This document shows, one piece after another, positions 28,963-38,028 of a DNA stretch of 64,000 nt. How positions within the stretch are numbered: the stretch's first letter is position 1; the number at the start of each line of letters is the position of its first letter. The notes beneath the pieces are model-generated. The model did not search any database. It saw nothing but the letters and a program-made list of their open reading frames with translations, and was not told the origin of the DNA. This DNA comes from an uncultured Gammaproteobacteria bacterium. GTDB lineage: Bacteria; Patescibacteriota; Microgenomatia; JAMCZE01. The stretch lies in NCBI GenBank assembly GCA_964641255.1, contig CAZXMM010000001.1, positions 473,984 to 537,983 of the forward strand, in the 5' to 3' direction. Made by a program: the position numbers and the translations under genes.

Positions 28963-29301
28963 ATGCAAAAGCTTATCGCTGAACAAGAAGAGCGAACAAC
29001 AAAAAAATCAAAGCACGTGATGCTTGGTCTTTTCTTTGTGTTGGCAATTTTGTCAGTAGTTAGAGTAGTGCTTGCCAACCGATTGGTAGAAGATTCCGGT
29101 AGGCTTCACACTGTGGATGCTAAGATTGCTGTTTTGGAAAGGACGAATGCTCTTTTGTCTGAGGAAGTACGAGAAAAAAGCGCCATAGTTTATGTAGAAA
29201 GTAAGGCTATAGCTAAAGGGTTCACCCAGGTTAAAACCTACTCCTATATTCACCCCGAACGACCGGTGGCTAGTAATATGGTGATTAGTACGCTGCGATG
29301 A
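28963..29301 (+). CDS. ftsL: Cell division protein FtsL-like (small bitopic coiled-coil protein)
   Basis: 112 aa with one TM helix then a coiled coil. Position between rsmH and ftsI. Confidence 0.45.
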   Translation: MQKLIAEQEERTTKKSKHVMLGLFFVLAILSVVRVVLANRLVEDSGRLHTVDAKIAVLERTNALLSEEVREKSAIVYVESKAIAKGFTQVKTYSYIHPERPVASNMVISTLR

Positions 29302-31085
29302 GCTTCGAAAAAAAAGTCCGTCTCTTAACAGCTGTCCTCCTGCTTTGTTTCGTTGCTGTTTGGTTGCGATTAGCTGTTTGGCAAGTTTTATCAGCCGAAT
29401 CCTTGTCAGCAGCTGCTGAAGCTCAACATTTCAGTGTTCTTAAGATTCCGGCTAGTCGGGGGGAAATTACTTTTGTAGATGGCGAGACGCTAGTAGCTAA
29501 CAAAAGCGCCTCGCTCCTCTATGCCAACCTGAACGTTCTTTCGGGAGATAAATCAGCGATAGCTGAATCTTTAGCGACGGTGCTAGCTTCTGAAGTGCCG
29601 ATGGTGACTACCGGCAGTGCCGAAATCACTGTGGAAGACCGAGAAAATTTCCTTAAGTCTACTAAAGACGAACTCCAAATTCGTATTGCAAAGCGGCTTA
29701 ATATTGAAGGCTCCACTTGGGTGAATCTAGCCCATTTTATTCCTGCCGAGGTAAAAAAGAAAATCGAAGACTTCAAGTACGAAGGACTGGGATTTTTGGA
29801 AGAAGAAACACGAGATTACCCTGAGGCTTCACTCTCTGCCCATTTGATTGGATTTGTGGGCTCCGACCGCCTGGGCAATCCTAAAGGGTACTTCGGGCTG
29901 GAAGGCTACTACGAACGGGAGCTCGCGGGGAAAAACGGGGAACTACGACAAGAAAAGGATGCTTTCGGAAGGCCCATTGCTATTGGATCGGAGACTAGAC
30001 GTGATAAGAAGGACGGGAGCAAGCTCGTAACCACGGTTAATCGCGCCGTTCAGCTTTTTACCGAGAAAGAATTGCTACAAGCCATTACCGACTGGAAAGC
30101 CAGTGGGGGCAGCGCTATCGTGATGGACCCGACTAATGGAGAGATTCTTGCTCTAGCTAATTTCCCTCAATACGATCCAAAGAATTTTTCTTACTTTCCC
30201 ACCACGCTTTATAAAAATCCAGCAATCACCAGTATCTACGAGCCGGGATCCATTATTAAGCCGCTGGTTATGGCGGCCGCGATAAATGAGGGGAAGCTCA
30301 CTCCAGAGAGCCGTTGTCCTGATAAGCTATGCGATGGACCAGTTGGGGTCGGGGGTTATTTTATCCGGACGTTTAACAATCAGTACCACCCCAATCTAAC
30401 TATGACCGAAGTGCTTATCAACTCAGACAACACTGGGATGGTTTATGTTCAGGACCTCCTAGGCTTTCGCAAGTTATATGACTATTATCAGTCATATGGA
30501 TTTAGCGAAAAAACCGGTATCGATTTACAAGAAGAAGAAAGCGGCGTACTACGACCAATAGATAGTTACTATCCAGTAGAACAGGCTAACCTGTCTTTTG
30601 GCCAGGGGATTGCAGTTAACGCCATGCAGATGATGCGAGCTTGGGCTTCCTTGGCTAATAGTGGTTTTTTGATTACTCCCCACCTGGTGAGAACCGTCAG
30701 TGCTAGTGATGAAGATATTAATCTGTCATGGCCTCGGGGTCGGCAGGTTCTAAAGACCTCTACAGCCAAAATTATGACTGAAATGCTGGTCCGGGTAGCG
30801 AACGAAAGCGCTGTCCATTTTCCTAAGGACCGGGTAAAAAGCCTAGCTAATTTTCGGATTGCCGCTAAAAGCGGGACTGCCCAAATTGCTTCCGGGGGAG
30901 GGTATAAGGAGACAGGTACTACTGCTTCGGTTATTGGCTACTTCCCGGCTGATGACCCTCGATTTTTGGTGATGGTAAAGCTAAACGAGCCTGAGGTCCG
31001 TCCTTGGGGATCAGATACGGCCGGGCCACCCTTTTTTGCGATTGCCGATCATTTGCTACACTATTATAATGTCGTGCCAAACTAG
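29298..31085 (+). CDS. ftsI: Penicillin-binding protein (FtsI-type transpeptidase)
   Basis: SXXK 'SIIKP', SXN 'NSDNTG' and KTG 'KSGTAQ' motifs, plus an N-terminal TM anchor. Confidence 0.85.
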   Translation: MSFEKKVRLLTAVLLLCFVAVWLRLAVWQVLSAESLSAAAEAQHFSVLKIPASRGEITFVDGETLVANKSASLLYANLNVLSGDKSAIAESLATVLASEVPMVTTGSAEITVEDRENFLKSTKDELQIRIAKRLNIEGSTWVNLAHFIPAEVKKKIEDFKYEGLGFLEEETRDYPEASLSAHLIGFVGSDRLGNPKGYFGLEGYYERELAGKNGELRQEKDAFGRPIAIGSETRRDKKDGSKLVTTVNRAVQLFTEKELLQAITDWKASGGSAIVMDPTNGEILALANFPQYDPKNFSYFPTTLYKNPAITSIYEPGSIIKPLVMAAAINEGKLTPESRCPDKLCDGPVGVGGYFIRTFNNQYHPNLTMTEVLINSDNTGMVYVQDLLGFRKLYDYYQSYGFSEKTGIDLQEEESGVLRPIDSYYPVEQANLSFGQGIAVNAMQMMRAWASLANSGFLITPHLVRTVSASDEDINLSWPRGRQVLKTSTAKIMTEMLVRVANESAVHFPKDRVKSLANFRIAAKSGTAQIASGGGYKETGTTASVIGYFPADDPRFLVMVKLNEPEVRPWGSDTAGPPFFAIADHLLHYYNVVPN

Positions 31086-31102
31086 GGTGTAGGCGCTAAA
31101 AA

Positions 31103-31111
31103 TGCTATAAT
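31103..31111 (+). promoter_or_regulatory. Candidate extended -10 promoter (TGcTATAAT) for murE and downstream genes
   Basis: A perfect TATAAT at 31106-31111 preceded by TG, 27 nt upstream of the murE ATG. A GGGAAG SD lies at 31127-31132. Confidence 0.35.
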
Positions 31112-31138
31112 ATAGGCTCAAGAGTTGGGAAGACCAAT

Positions 31139-32293
31139 ATGATACAGCAGCTCAAAAATTTCTTTCATTTGGGCGAAGCCATCGCGGCTACCATTGTCTT
31201 TGGTTTTCCTGGTCGAAAACTAACGGTCGTGGGAGTTACTGGTACCGATGGAAAAACCACCACCTCTACTCTGATCCACCATATTTTAGAAACCGCTGGG
31301 TATAAAACAGGAATTTCTTCCACCCTATCATCAGCTCATACTAGCACCCCAGGTAGATGGAGAGTGCAAAAGTTTTTAGCGCAATGCGTTAAAAACGGCT
31401 GTACCCATGCAGTACTCGAGGTTACCTCGATTGGTATTGACCAGCACCGGGTCTCTGGCACACCGTTTGCAGTGGGAGTGCTTACGAACATTGCTGACAA
31501 CGAGCACTTGGACTATCACAAAAGCTTTGCAAAATATAAAGCGGCTAAAATGAAGTTTCTTTTGTCCTGCAAAGTAGTCGTAGCCAACGCTGATGACCCC
31601 GTCTTTGCCGAACTTAAGCTACAGGCAAAAAACTCCAAAGTAATTAGTTTTGGACTGAAGAATCCTGCCGATGTTGATCGAAAAACACTGGCTTACACCA
31701 CTAAGTTGATTGGGGAATTTAATACCTACAACATCTTGGGAGCAATTGCTGCCACCATGGCGCTAGGGGTTGATAGTGGTATTATTACTCGAGCTATAAG
31801 TTCGTTTACTCCGCCACTAGGACGGCTCGAGATAGTCAAGAAAAAGCCTTACACAGTGGTGGTTGATTTTGCTCATACGCCCCAGGCATTTGAAAAAGTA
31901 TTGCCAGTAGCCAAAAGTCTTAAATTAAAAGTTTCTAATCGTTTAATTCATGTGTTTGGCGCTACGGGGGACCGAGACAAATCCAAGCGCCCCATCATGG
32001 CAACCATCGCAGCTAAATATGACGACAACATCATTCTTACCCACGAGGACACATATACGGAAAAAAGGGAGCGGATAATTTCGGAGATTGAAAAGGGGTT
32101 AATTGATAAGAAGTACGAAAACTACGAGAAGATTTTTGACCGGAAAAGCGCGATTGAGAAAGCACTTCTAATGGCAAGCCCTGGTGACGTAGTGCTAATT
32201 ACGGGTGTCGGACACCAAAAATCCATGAACGTGGATGGCAAAGAAATTCCCTGGAGTGACCAAAAAGTAGTCAAGGAGTTCCAAGGCAAGTAG
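31139..32293 (+). CDS. murE: Mur ligase family protein, MurE-like (UDP-MurNAc-L-Ala-D-Glu:diamino acid ligase) lacking the usual N-terminal domain
   Basis: P-loop 'VGVTGTDGKTTTSTL' lies only about 33 aa from the start. 'DNEHLDYH' and 'GATGDRDKSKRP' are present. dcw position between ftsI and murD. The DNPR meso-DAP motif is replaced by 'HEDTYTEKR'. Confidence 0.6.
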   Translation: MIQQLKNFFHLGEAIAATIVFGFPGRKLTVVGVTGTDGKTTTSTLIHHILETAGYKTGISSTLSSAHTSTPGRWRVQKFLAQCVKNGCTHAVLEVTSIGIDQHRVSGTPFAVGVLTNIADNEHLDYHKSFAKYKAAKMKFLLSCKVVVANADDPVFAELKLQAKNSKVISFGLKNPADVDRKTLAYTTKLIGEFNTYNILGAIAATMALGVDSGIITRAISSFTPPLGRLEIVKKKPYTVVVDFAHTPQAFEKVLPVAKSLKLKVSNRLIHVFGATGDRDKSKRPIMATIAAKYDDNIILTHEDTYTEKRERIISEIEKGLIDKKYENYEKIFDRKSAIEKALLMASPGDVVLITGVGHQKSMNVDGKEIPWSDQKVVKEFQGK

Positions 32294-32297
32294 GCCT

Positions 32298-33065
32298 ATG
32301 TTTAAAAAACACCCCTTAGGCTTTTATCAGTTGGAGAAGTTTTTGCTTCCGGCTCTTAAACATGGTTTTTCCACTAAATCGTTTGGCAATATGGCCTATA
32401 AATTTGGTGACAAAGCGACAGTGGACCAAAGCAGGATAAATTTTGCCAAAGCCGTTCCTATTAATCATCAACAAACCGTTCAGCTCAGTCTTAATCATGG
32501 GACTACGGTGGCGATTGCAGCGGGTGGAGATATTGGTCCACTCACTGATCTAGGCAGAGCCATCAGTGAGACTGACGCGGTCTTAACAAACCGGAGGGGG
32601 GTGGCCTTATGGATGATGACGGGAGACTGCGCCCCCTTCATATTTTTTGATCCGACCCAATCTGTTATTGGGATTGCTCACGCGGGCTGGAGGGGAACAA
32701 TCGGAAAGATTGCGGTGATGACCGTTGGTAAAATGGTGGCCGAATTTGGATCAAGACCCAAAGATATTCTAATCGGTATTGGTCCCACCGTGGAAAAGTG
32801 TTGCTACAGTGACAACGTAGATCCAATTCAAGCCCAGCTCCCCGAGTGGCAAAACTATGCGGTTAAAAACCCCGACGGAAAACATAGTGTGGATTTGAAT
32901 GGTTTTTCTATTCACGCACTGTTAGAAATAGGCATTCAAGAAGACAACGTTGATTTCGCTAACTATTGCACCCAAGATCATAGTGACGAGTTTTTTTGTT
33001 CGCAAGAAGAAACCGCACAAATAGCTAAGCCCGGAAGATTTGCTACGACTATTCAAATACAATGA
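32298..33065 (+). CDS. pgeF: Peptidoglycan editing factor PgeF (YfiH/DUF152 family, purine nucleoside phosphorylase/laccase-like)
   Basis: 'TNRRGVALWMMTGDCAPFIFFDPTQSVIGIAHAGWRGT' is the conserved Cys/His catalytic region of YfiH. Confidence 0.8.
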   Translation: MFKKHPLGFYQLEKFLLPALKHGFSTKSFGNMAYKFGDKATVDQSRINFAKAVPINHQQTVQLSLNHGTTVAIAAGGDIGPLTDLGRAISETDAVLTNRRGVALWMMTGDCAPFIFFDPTQSVIGIAHAGWRGTIGKIAVMTVGKMVAEFGSRPKDILIGIGPTVEKCCYSDNVDPIQAQLPEWQNYAVKNPDGKHSVDLNGFSIHALLEIGIQEDNVDFANYCTQDHSDEFFCSQEETAQIAKPGRFATTIQIQ

Positions 33066-33832
33066 ATAATGCACCGATTGCTATTTTTGACTCAGGACTG
33101 GGTGGACTCACTGTGGCCAAAGAAATCGTTGCGCAATTTCCCGATGAAAGCACGATCTATTTGGGTGATACCAAAAGGGTGCCTTACGGCACAAGAAGTG
33201 TGGAGGCAATTCGGCAGTTTGCCAAGGAACTAGTTACTTTTCTTCTTAAAAAACAGGCGAAAGTACTCATTGTTGCTTGCAACACAATGTCAGCCGTGGC
33301 GCTTTCGGAAATTAAAGCGATCTCTTCTGTTCCAGTAATTGATGTCATCACACCAACAGCGAAAGCAGCCACGGGAAGGGTGGTGGCAGTGATTGGTACT
33401 AACGCCACCATCAACAGTGGGGCTTATCAAAAAAAGATTGATCCCATAATAACAGTCATTGCCAAAGCTTGTCCGATTTTCGTTCCATTGGTGGAAGAAG
33501 GACTGGCACACAGACCTGAAGTGGAACCCATTGTTGAATATTACTTAAAAGATATTGTTGCTCAAAATCCTGATCAACTCATTCTTGGCTGCACCCATTA
33601 CCCTATCCTGAGGGAGGCGATTTGTAAGGCGGTAGGGACTATCTCTATTATTGACTCAGCTCAGCCAACCGCAAAAGCTCTTGGCGAGCTATTTTTAGAC
33701 GAAACTTTAGCCAGAGGAGAAGACCCTAGTCATGAATTTCTGGTTACAGACAGCGTGGAAAGGGCCCACAGCACAGTTGCCAACTTTTGGCCTGAAGCGC
33801 TACAGTATAATTGGAAGCAAGTCACCACATGA
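33062..33832 (+). CDS. murI: Glutamate racemase
   Basis: 'IAIFDSGLGGLTVAKEI...LIVACNTMSAVAL...GCTHYP'. Confidence 0.9.
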   Translation: MNNAPIAIFDSGLGGLTVAKEIVAQFPDESTIYLGDTKRVPYGTRSVEAIRQFAKELVTFLLKKQAKVLIVACNTMSAVALSEIKAISSVPVIDVITPTAKAATGRVVAVIGTNATINSGAYQKKIDPIITVIAKACPIFVPLVEEGLAHRPEVEPIVEYYLKDIVAQNPDQLILGCTHYPILREAICKAVGTISIIDSAQPTAKALGELFLDETLARGEDPSHEFLVTDSVERAHSTVANFWPEALQYNWKQVTT

Positions 33833-35190
33833 TTGATTTAAGAAATAAAAGAATAGCGGTTTTAGGATTTGGAATTGATACCTCTGATTTAATTGCCTGG
33901 TTTTTGGAACAGGGAATTAGCTTCACTGTTTGTGACGAAAATGAAAGCGTTGTTATTCCAGACAATTTAAAAAGTAAGTCAGAGCTACGCTTAGGAAAGG
34001 ACGCCTTTGCAAAGTTAACAGATTTTGATGTGATTGTGCGGAATCCTGCAATCTATCGATACCGCAAAGAAATCATTGAAGCTGAAAATAAAGGAGTAGA
34101 GATTACATCAAAAATAAAGATTTTTTTTGATCTGTGCCCGGCAAAGATTATTGGAGTCACAGGGACCAAGGGCAAAGGGACAACCTCAACTCTTGTGTAC
34201 CAAATTCTAAGAGATGCCGGAAAAGAAGTTTTCATCGGTGGAAATATTGGTTTGGGGATTTTTGATTTTCTTCCCACCCTCACAAAGAATTCCTGGGTGG
34301 TTTTAGAAATGTCGAGCTTTCAACTTATTGATCTTCATAAGTCGCCTCATATTGGTGTGCATTTGATGACAACTACTGATCATCTGGATTGGCATGTTAG
34401 TTCAGAGGAGTATGTGCGTGCTAAAGGCAATATCTTTAAATGGCAGAAGCTGGAAGACTTTGCAGTAGTGAATGCTGATTATCCCAATTCTCGTAAAAAT
34501 GGTGAACTTGGAGCCGGGAAAAAGTACTTTTTTAGTCGGAAAGAAAGACAGCAACCCGGAGCCTATCTTAAAGATCAGGCAATTTATCTTGATGATGAAA
34601 AGCTAATTGACATTTCTGAAATTCGCTTGCGGGGAGAGCATAATCAAGAAAACATCATGGCGGCAGCTTTAGCTGCAAGATTAGCGGGGGTGAATTTGCC
34701 GACAATAGTGCAAACAATTAAGAATTTTCGGGGACTTGAACACCGACTGGAAGAAGTGGCAACTGTTGGGGGTGTGACGTATTTCAATGATTCATTCTCA
34801 ACTGTTCCCGAAACAGCCATCGCGGCGGTTAAAGCCTTTAAAGAGCCGATTATTCTTATTGCTGGGGGTAGTGATAAAGGATCAGACTTTACGGAACTGG
34901 GAAAAGTGATTGCTGAAAGCAAAAATGTTAAAGCGGTGATTCTGATTGGCCTAATGACAGAAAAAATCCGCGAGGCAATTCACAAACACACAAACAAACC
35001 AGAATTCCAAATAGTTACAGGACTAAAAACGATGAAAGAAATTGTGAAGACGGCAAAGGCTTTAGCTAAGGCTGGGGATGTGGTTTTATTGTCTCCAGCC
35101 GCGGCCAGTTTTGATATGTTTAAATCATACAAGCACCGAGGGCAAGAATTTAAAGAACAAGTATTAAAATTGGCAGATTATGAAAGATAA
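33811..35190 (+). CDS. murD: UDP-N-acetylmuramoylalanine--D-glutamate ligase
   Basis: 'IIGVTGTKGKGTTSTLVYQIL...FIGGNIG' and the Mur ligase C-terminal domain. Confidence 0.85.
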   Translation: MEASHHMIDLRNKRIAVLGFGIDTSDLIAWFLEQGISFTVCDENESVVIPDNLKSKSELRLGKDAFAKLTDFDVIVRNPAIYRYRKEIIEAENKGVEITSKIKIFFDLCPAKIIGVTGTKGKGTTSTLVYQILRDAGKEVFIGGNIGLGIFDFLPTLTKNSWVVLEMSSFQLIDLHKSPHIGVHLMTTTDHLDWHVSSEEYVRAKGNIFKWQKLEDFAVVNADYPNSRKNGELGAGKKYFFSRKERQQPGAYLKDQAIYLDDEKLIDISEIRLRGEHNQENIMAAALAARLAGVNLPTIVQTIKNFRGLEHRLEEVATVGGVTYFNDSFSTVPETAIAAVKAFKEPIILIAGGSDKGSDFTELGKVIAESKNVKAVILIGLMTEKIREAIHKHTNKPEFQIVTGLKTMKEIVKTAKALAKAGDVVLLSPAAASFDMFKSYKHRGQEFKEQVLKLADYER

Positions 35191-36913
35191 AAAACGCCGC
35201 GTTCATATCATGGGCATTGGCGGTTCGGGGGCCAGTAGTATTGCCCGTTTGGCTCATGGCATGGGTTACGAAGTCTCTGGCTGCGATTTAGAAGAAGGGG
35301 TAAATACTAAAGCATTAAAGGTCGAGGGAATCCCTGTTTCCATAGGGCCCCACGATGTGGCTCATCTCGAAGGAATTGATATTCTTGCCCACACGGTAGC
35401 GGTTGATGATCAAAGTCCGAATGAGCGGGAATATCTGGAAGCGAAAACACGCGGCATTGCGATGACCTGGGAGCAGTTCCTTGCCAACTATCTGCATAAA
35501 GATAAATTTCTGATTGCTGTTGCCGGCACCCATGGTAAAGGAACCACTGCCTCGCTTTTGTCCCGAACACTAGAAAGCGCTGGATTGGATCCGACCTGTG
35601 AAATTGGTGCCAATCTTATTGACTGGGACAAGAAGAATTTCCGGATTGGGAAGAGTAAGTATTTTGTATCAGAAGCTGACGAGTATCGTGCCAAATTCTT
35701 ACACTATTCACCAAGTTTGATTCTTATCACATCAATTGAAATGGATCATCCTGATTTTTTTCCCACACTTGATAGTCTGTATGAAACCTTTTTGAAATTT
35801 GTCGGCAAACTGATTGGTCCCAAAGTTCTTGTTCTAAACAAAAATGATCACGGCTGTCAGGAACTGGTTAAAAGAATGTTAGGTGAATTGAAAAATGAAA
35901 TTAAGATTGTTTGGTACTCTAATTTGCCCGAGAAAGTGAATTTGCAACTTCCTGGTGAACATGTCCGCCAAGATGCCGCTGGGGCCTGGGCTGTTGCCAA
36001 AGAACTCGGTGTACCAGACAAAGAAATTAAGAAAGGATTGGAATCTTTCTCGGGACTGGAAAGAAGGTTTGAAATTCGGGGAGAAAAGGATGGCGTCGTC
36101 ATCATTGATGACTATGCCCATCATCCGACAGCGGTCAAAGTGAATATTGATGCGGTGCGAGAAAAATATCCCAATTCCAGGGTAGTGGCCCTGTTCCAAC
36201 CGCATATGTACTCCCGGTTGCAACTTTTGTTCCAAGAATTTGCCGATGCCCTTAGGGGTGCCGATAGGGTTTTTGTTACCGATGTTTACACCCGCCGCGA
36301 ACAAGGATTGACTCGTCCCACTGGTGAAGAATTGGCAGCAGCCGTTGGAGACAAAGCGAGTTTTGTTAAAGGCTCAACTGAAGAAATAGCGACAGCAATT
36401 AAACCAGAGCTTAACCATGGCGATGTACTTCTCGTTATGGGAGCGGGTGACATTTATAAAGTCTCAACATCATTGATAGCAGCAGACGTTGAAGAAACAA
36501 ACATCGGGGCCAACGCCCTTCTAGTAAATTCTAAAGGTGAGGTAATTTTGCAACAAAGGGACAATAATCCAAATATCTATTTCCCCGGGGGCATAACAAT
36601 GTTTGGAGGAACGATAAAAAAGGGAGACAGCCCCGAAGACGGTTTAAAGCGAGAACTTCTCGAGGAATTAAATTTGCAGGTGGAGCCAGGAAATGTAAAA
36701 AAATTTAATACTTACAAAAAAACCAAAGCAGTAGATGGAATCGATTACAGTGTGAACGTTTTTATCATTGAATCAGTTGAGATTAGCGATCTCACTTTAA
36801 ATGAAGGCGCTGGGTTCGTTGTTGCCCCCCCAATAGATTTATTAAAGAAAGATAAGTTAACAAGGATAACGAGGATAGCTCTTGAAGATTATTTAAAGGC
36901 TAGAGGACAATAA
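35180..36913 (+). CDS. murC: UDP-N-acetylmuramate--L-alanine ligase MurC fused to a C-terminal NUDIX-like hydrolase domain
   Basis: MurC N-terminus 'VHIMGIGGSGASSIARLAHGMGYEVSGCD'. The C-terminal ~130 aa carry a Nudix-box-like 'GGTIKKGDSPEDGLKRELLEELNL' (Gx5Dx7RELxEE). 577 aa versus about 450 for a typical MurC. Confidence 0.8.
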   Translation: MKDKKRRVHIMGIGGSGASSIARLAHGMGYEVSGCDLEEGVNTKALKVEGIPVSIGPHDVAHLEGIDILAHTVAVDDQSPNEREYLEAKTRGIAMTWEQFLANYLHKDKFLIAVAGTHGKGTTASLLSRTLESAGLDPTCEIGANLIDWDKKNFRIGKSKYFVSEADEYRAKFLHYSPSLILITSIEMDHPDFFPTLDSLYETFLKFVGKLIGPKVLVLNKNDHGCQELVKRMLGELKNEIKIVWYSNLPEKVNLQLPGEHVRQDAAGAWAVAKELGVPDKEIKKGLESFSGLERRFEIRGEKDGVVIIDDYAHHPTAVKVNIDAVREKYPNSRVVALFQPHMYSRLQLLFQEFADALRGADRVFVTDVYTRREQGLTRPTGEELAAAVGDKASFVKGSTEEIATAIKPELNHGDVLLVMGAGDIYKVSTSLIAADVEETNIGANALLVNSKGEVILQQRDNNPNIYFPGGITMFGGTIKKGDSPEDGLKRELLEELNLQVEPGNVKKFNTYKKTKAVDGIDYSVNVFIIESVEISDLTLNEGAGFVVAPPIDLLKKDKLTRITRIALEDYLKARGQ

Positions 36914-37979
36914 CTTCTCGTTCTAGCTCAATGTCATAGTTTTTTAAGATATCCTCCCGCATTTGTTCACTAAAGTCAAAAACTTCTTTTCCTGTTGCGC
37001 CCCCCAAATTTACTATAGATAAAGCTTGGTAGGAATGAGTGCTAACTTTACCAATGACTTTTCCTTTCCAACCAAGCTCGTCCAGAAGTCTTCCCGCGGG
37101 AACTTTGACATGATTTGCATGATCGAAGGTGGGGTCGTCGTGCATGGGGTAGGTAAGTTTATCAATCGGATATGATTGTAAATCAGTTACTTTAGTGGAT
37201 AATTCCATGAATTTTTCTTTTGTTACCACCGGATTTTTGAAAAAACTGCCAGCAGTGCCAACCTTATGCCAATCAGGTTGGGTGAATTTACGAATAGAAA
37301 TAATTGTTTCAGCAATATCAAGGGAAGAGTAAGGAGGCTTCTTTCCTGCTTTGTCTAGTTCGCTCTGGAGTGAGAATCGTAATCTGTGTAGCTCGTGATA
37401 ACTAGTGTCACTAAGGGGAACTTTTGAAAGTTTAACTCTCACTGAGCTGACTAAAAACTTTCCTCGGAGTTCTTTTTTAAAAACACTTTCCCTATAGGCA
37501 AACTTGCACTGTTCTTTTGTAAAAGTGGTCTTTTCGAAGGAATCCAAGTAGATTCCTTCGAGAGAATGAAAGATGTCTTCAAAGTTTTGACCGTAAGCAG
37601 CAATATTTTGGACTGGAGCTGCCCCCACGGTTCCCGGGATGTAAGCCATGTTTTCCATGCCGGACCAACCCTCATTGGCAGCCCACATCACAAACTCGTG
37701 CCAGTTTTCTCCCGAGGCCAGTTCGACCACTACCGACTCCTCGTCTTCGCTGATGATTTTCCTTCCTTTTAGTTCATTTTTAAGGATCAAGCCGTCAAAG
37801 TCTTTGGTAAAGAGAATATTGGCTCCTTCTCCCAGTACCAAGATCGGTAAGTTTTTAGGAAGCAGAGCTTTGAGACCTAACAGGTCCTCTTGGTCTTTTG
37901 GGACAACAAACTGACTGGCTAAAGCCGCCACATGGAACGTGTTTAAAGAGAGGAGGTCAACATTTTTTTGCAGCTTCAT
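36900..37979 (-). CDS. murB: UDP-N-acetylenolpyruvoylglucosamine reductase
   Basis: 'LSLNTFHVAALASQFVVPKDQEDL...ILVLGEGANILF' is the FAD-binding MurB N-terminus. It is convergent with murC, overlapping by 14 bp. Confidence 0.85.
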   Translation of the reverse strand: MKLQKNVDLLSLNTFHVAALASQFVVPKDQEDLLGLKALLPKNLPILVLGEGANILFTKDFDGLILKNELKGRKIISEDEESVVVELASGENWHEFVMWAANEGWSGMENMAYIPGTVGAAPVQNIAAYGQNFEDIFHSLEGIYLDSFEKTTFTKEQCKFAYRESVFKKELRGKFLVSSVRVKLSKVPLSDTSYHELHRLRFSLQSELDKAGKKPPYSSLDIAETIISIRKFTQPDWHKVGTAGSFFKNPVVTKEKFMELSTKVTDLQSYPIDKLTYPMHDDPTFDHANHVKVPAGRLLDELGWKGKVIGKVSTHSYQALSIVNLGGATGKEVFDFSEQMREDILKNYDIELEREVIVL

Positions 37980-38028
37980 TGCTCAATTGTATCAAAATGT
38001 GTACAATTCAAGCGGGCGGATCAAGCAT

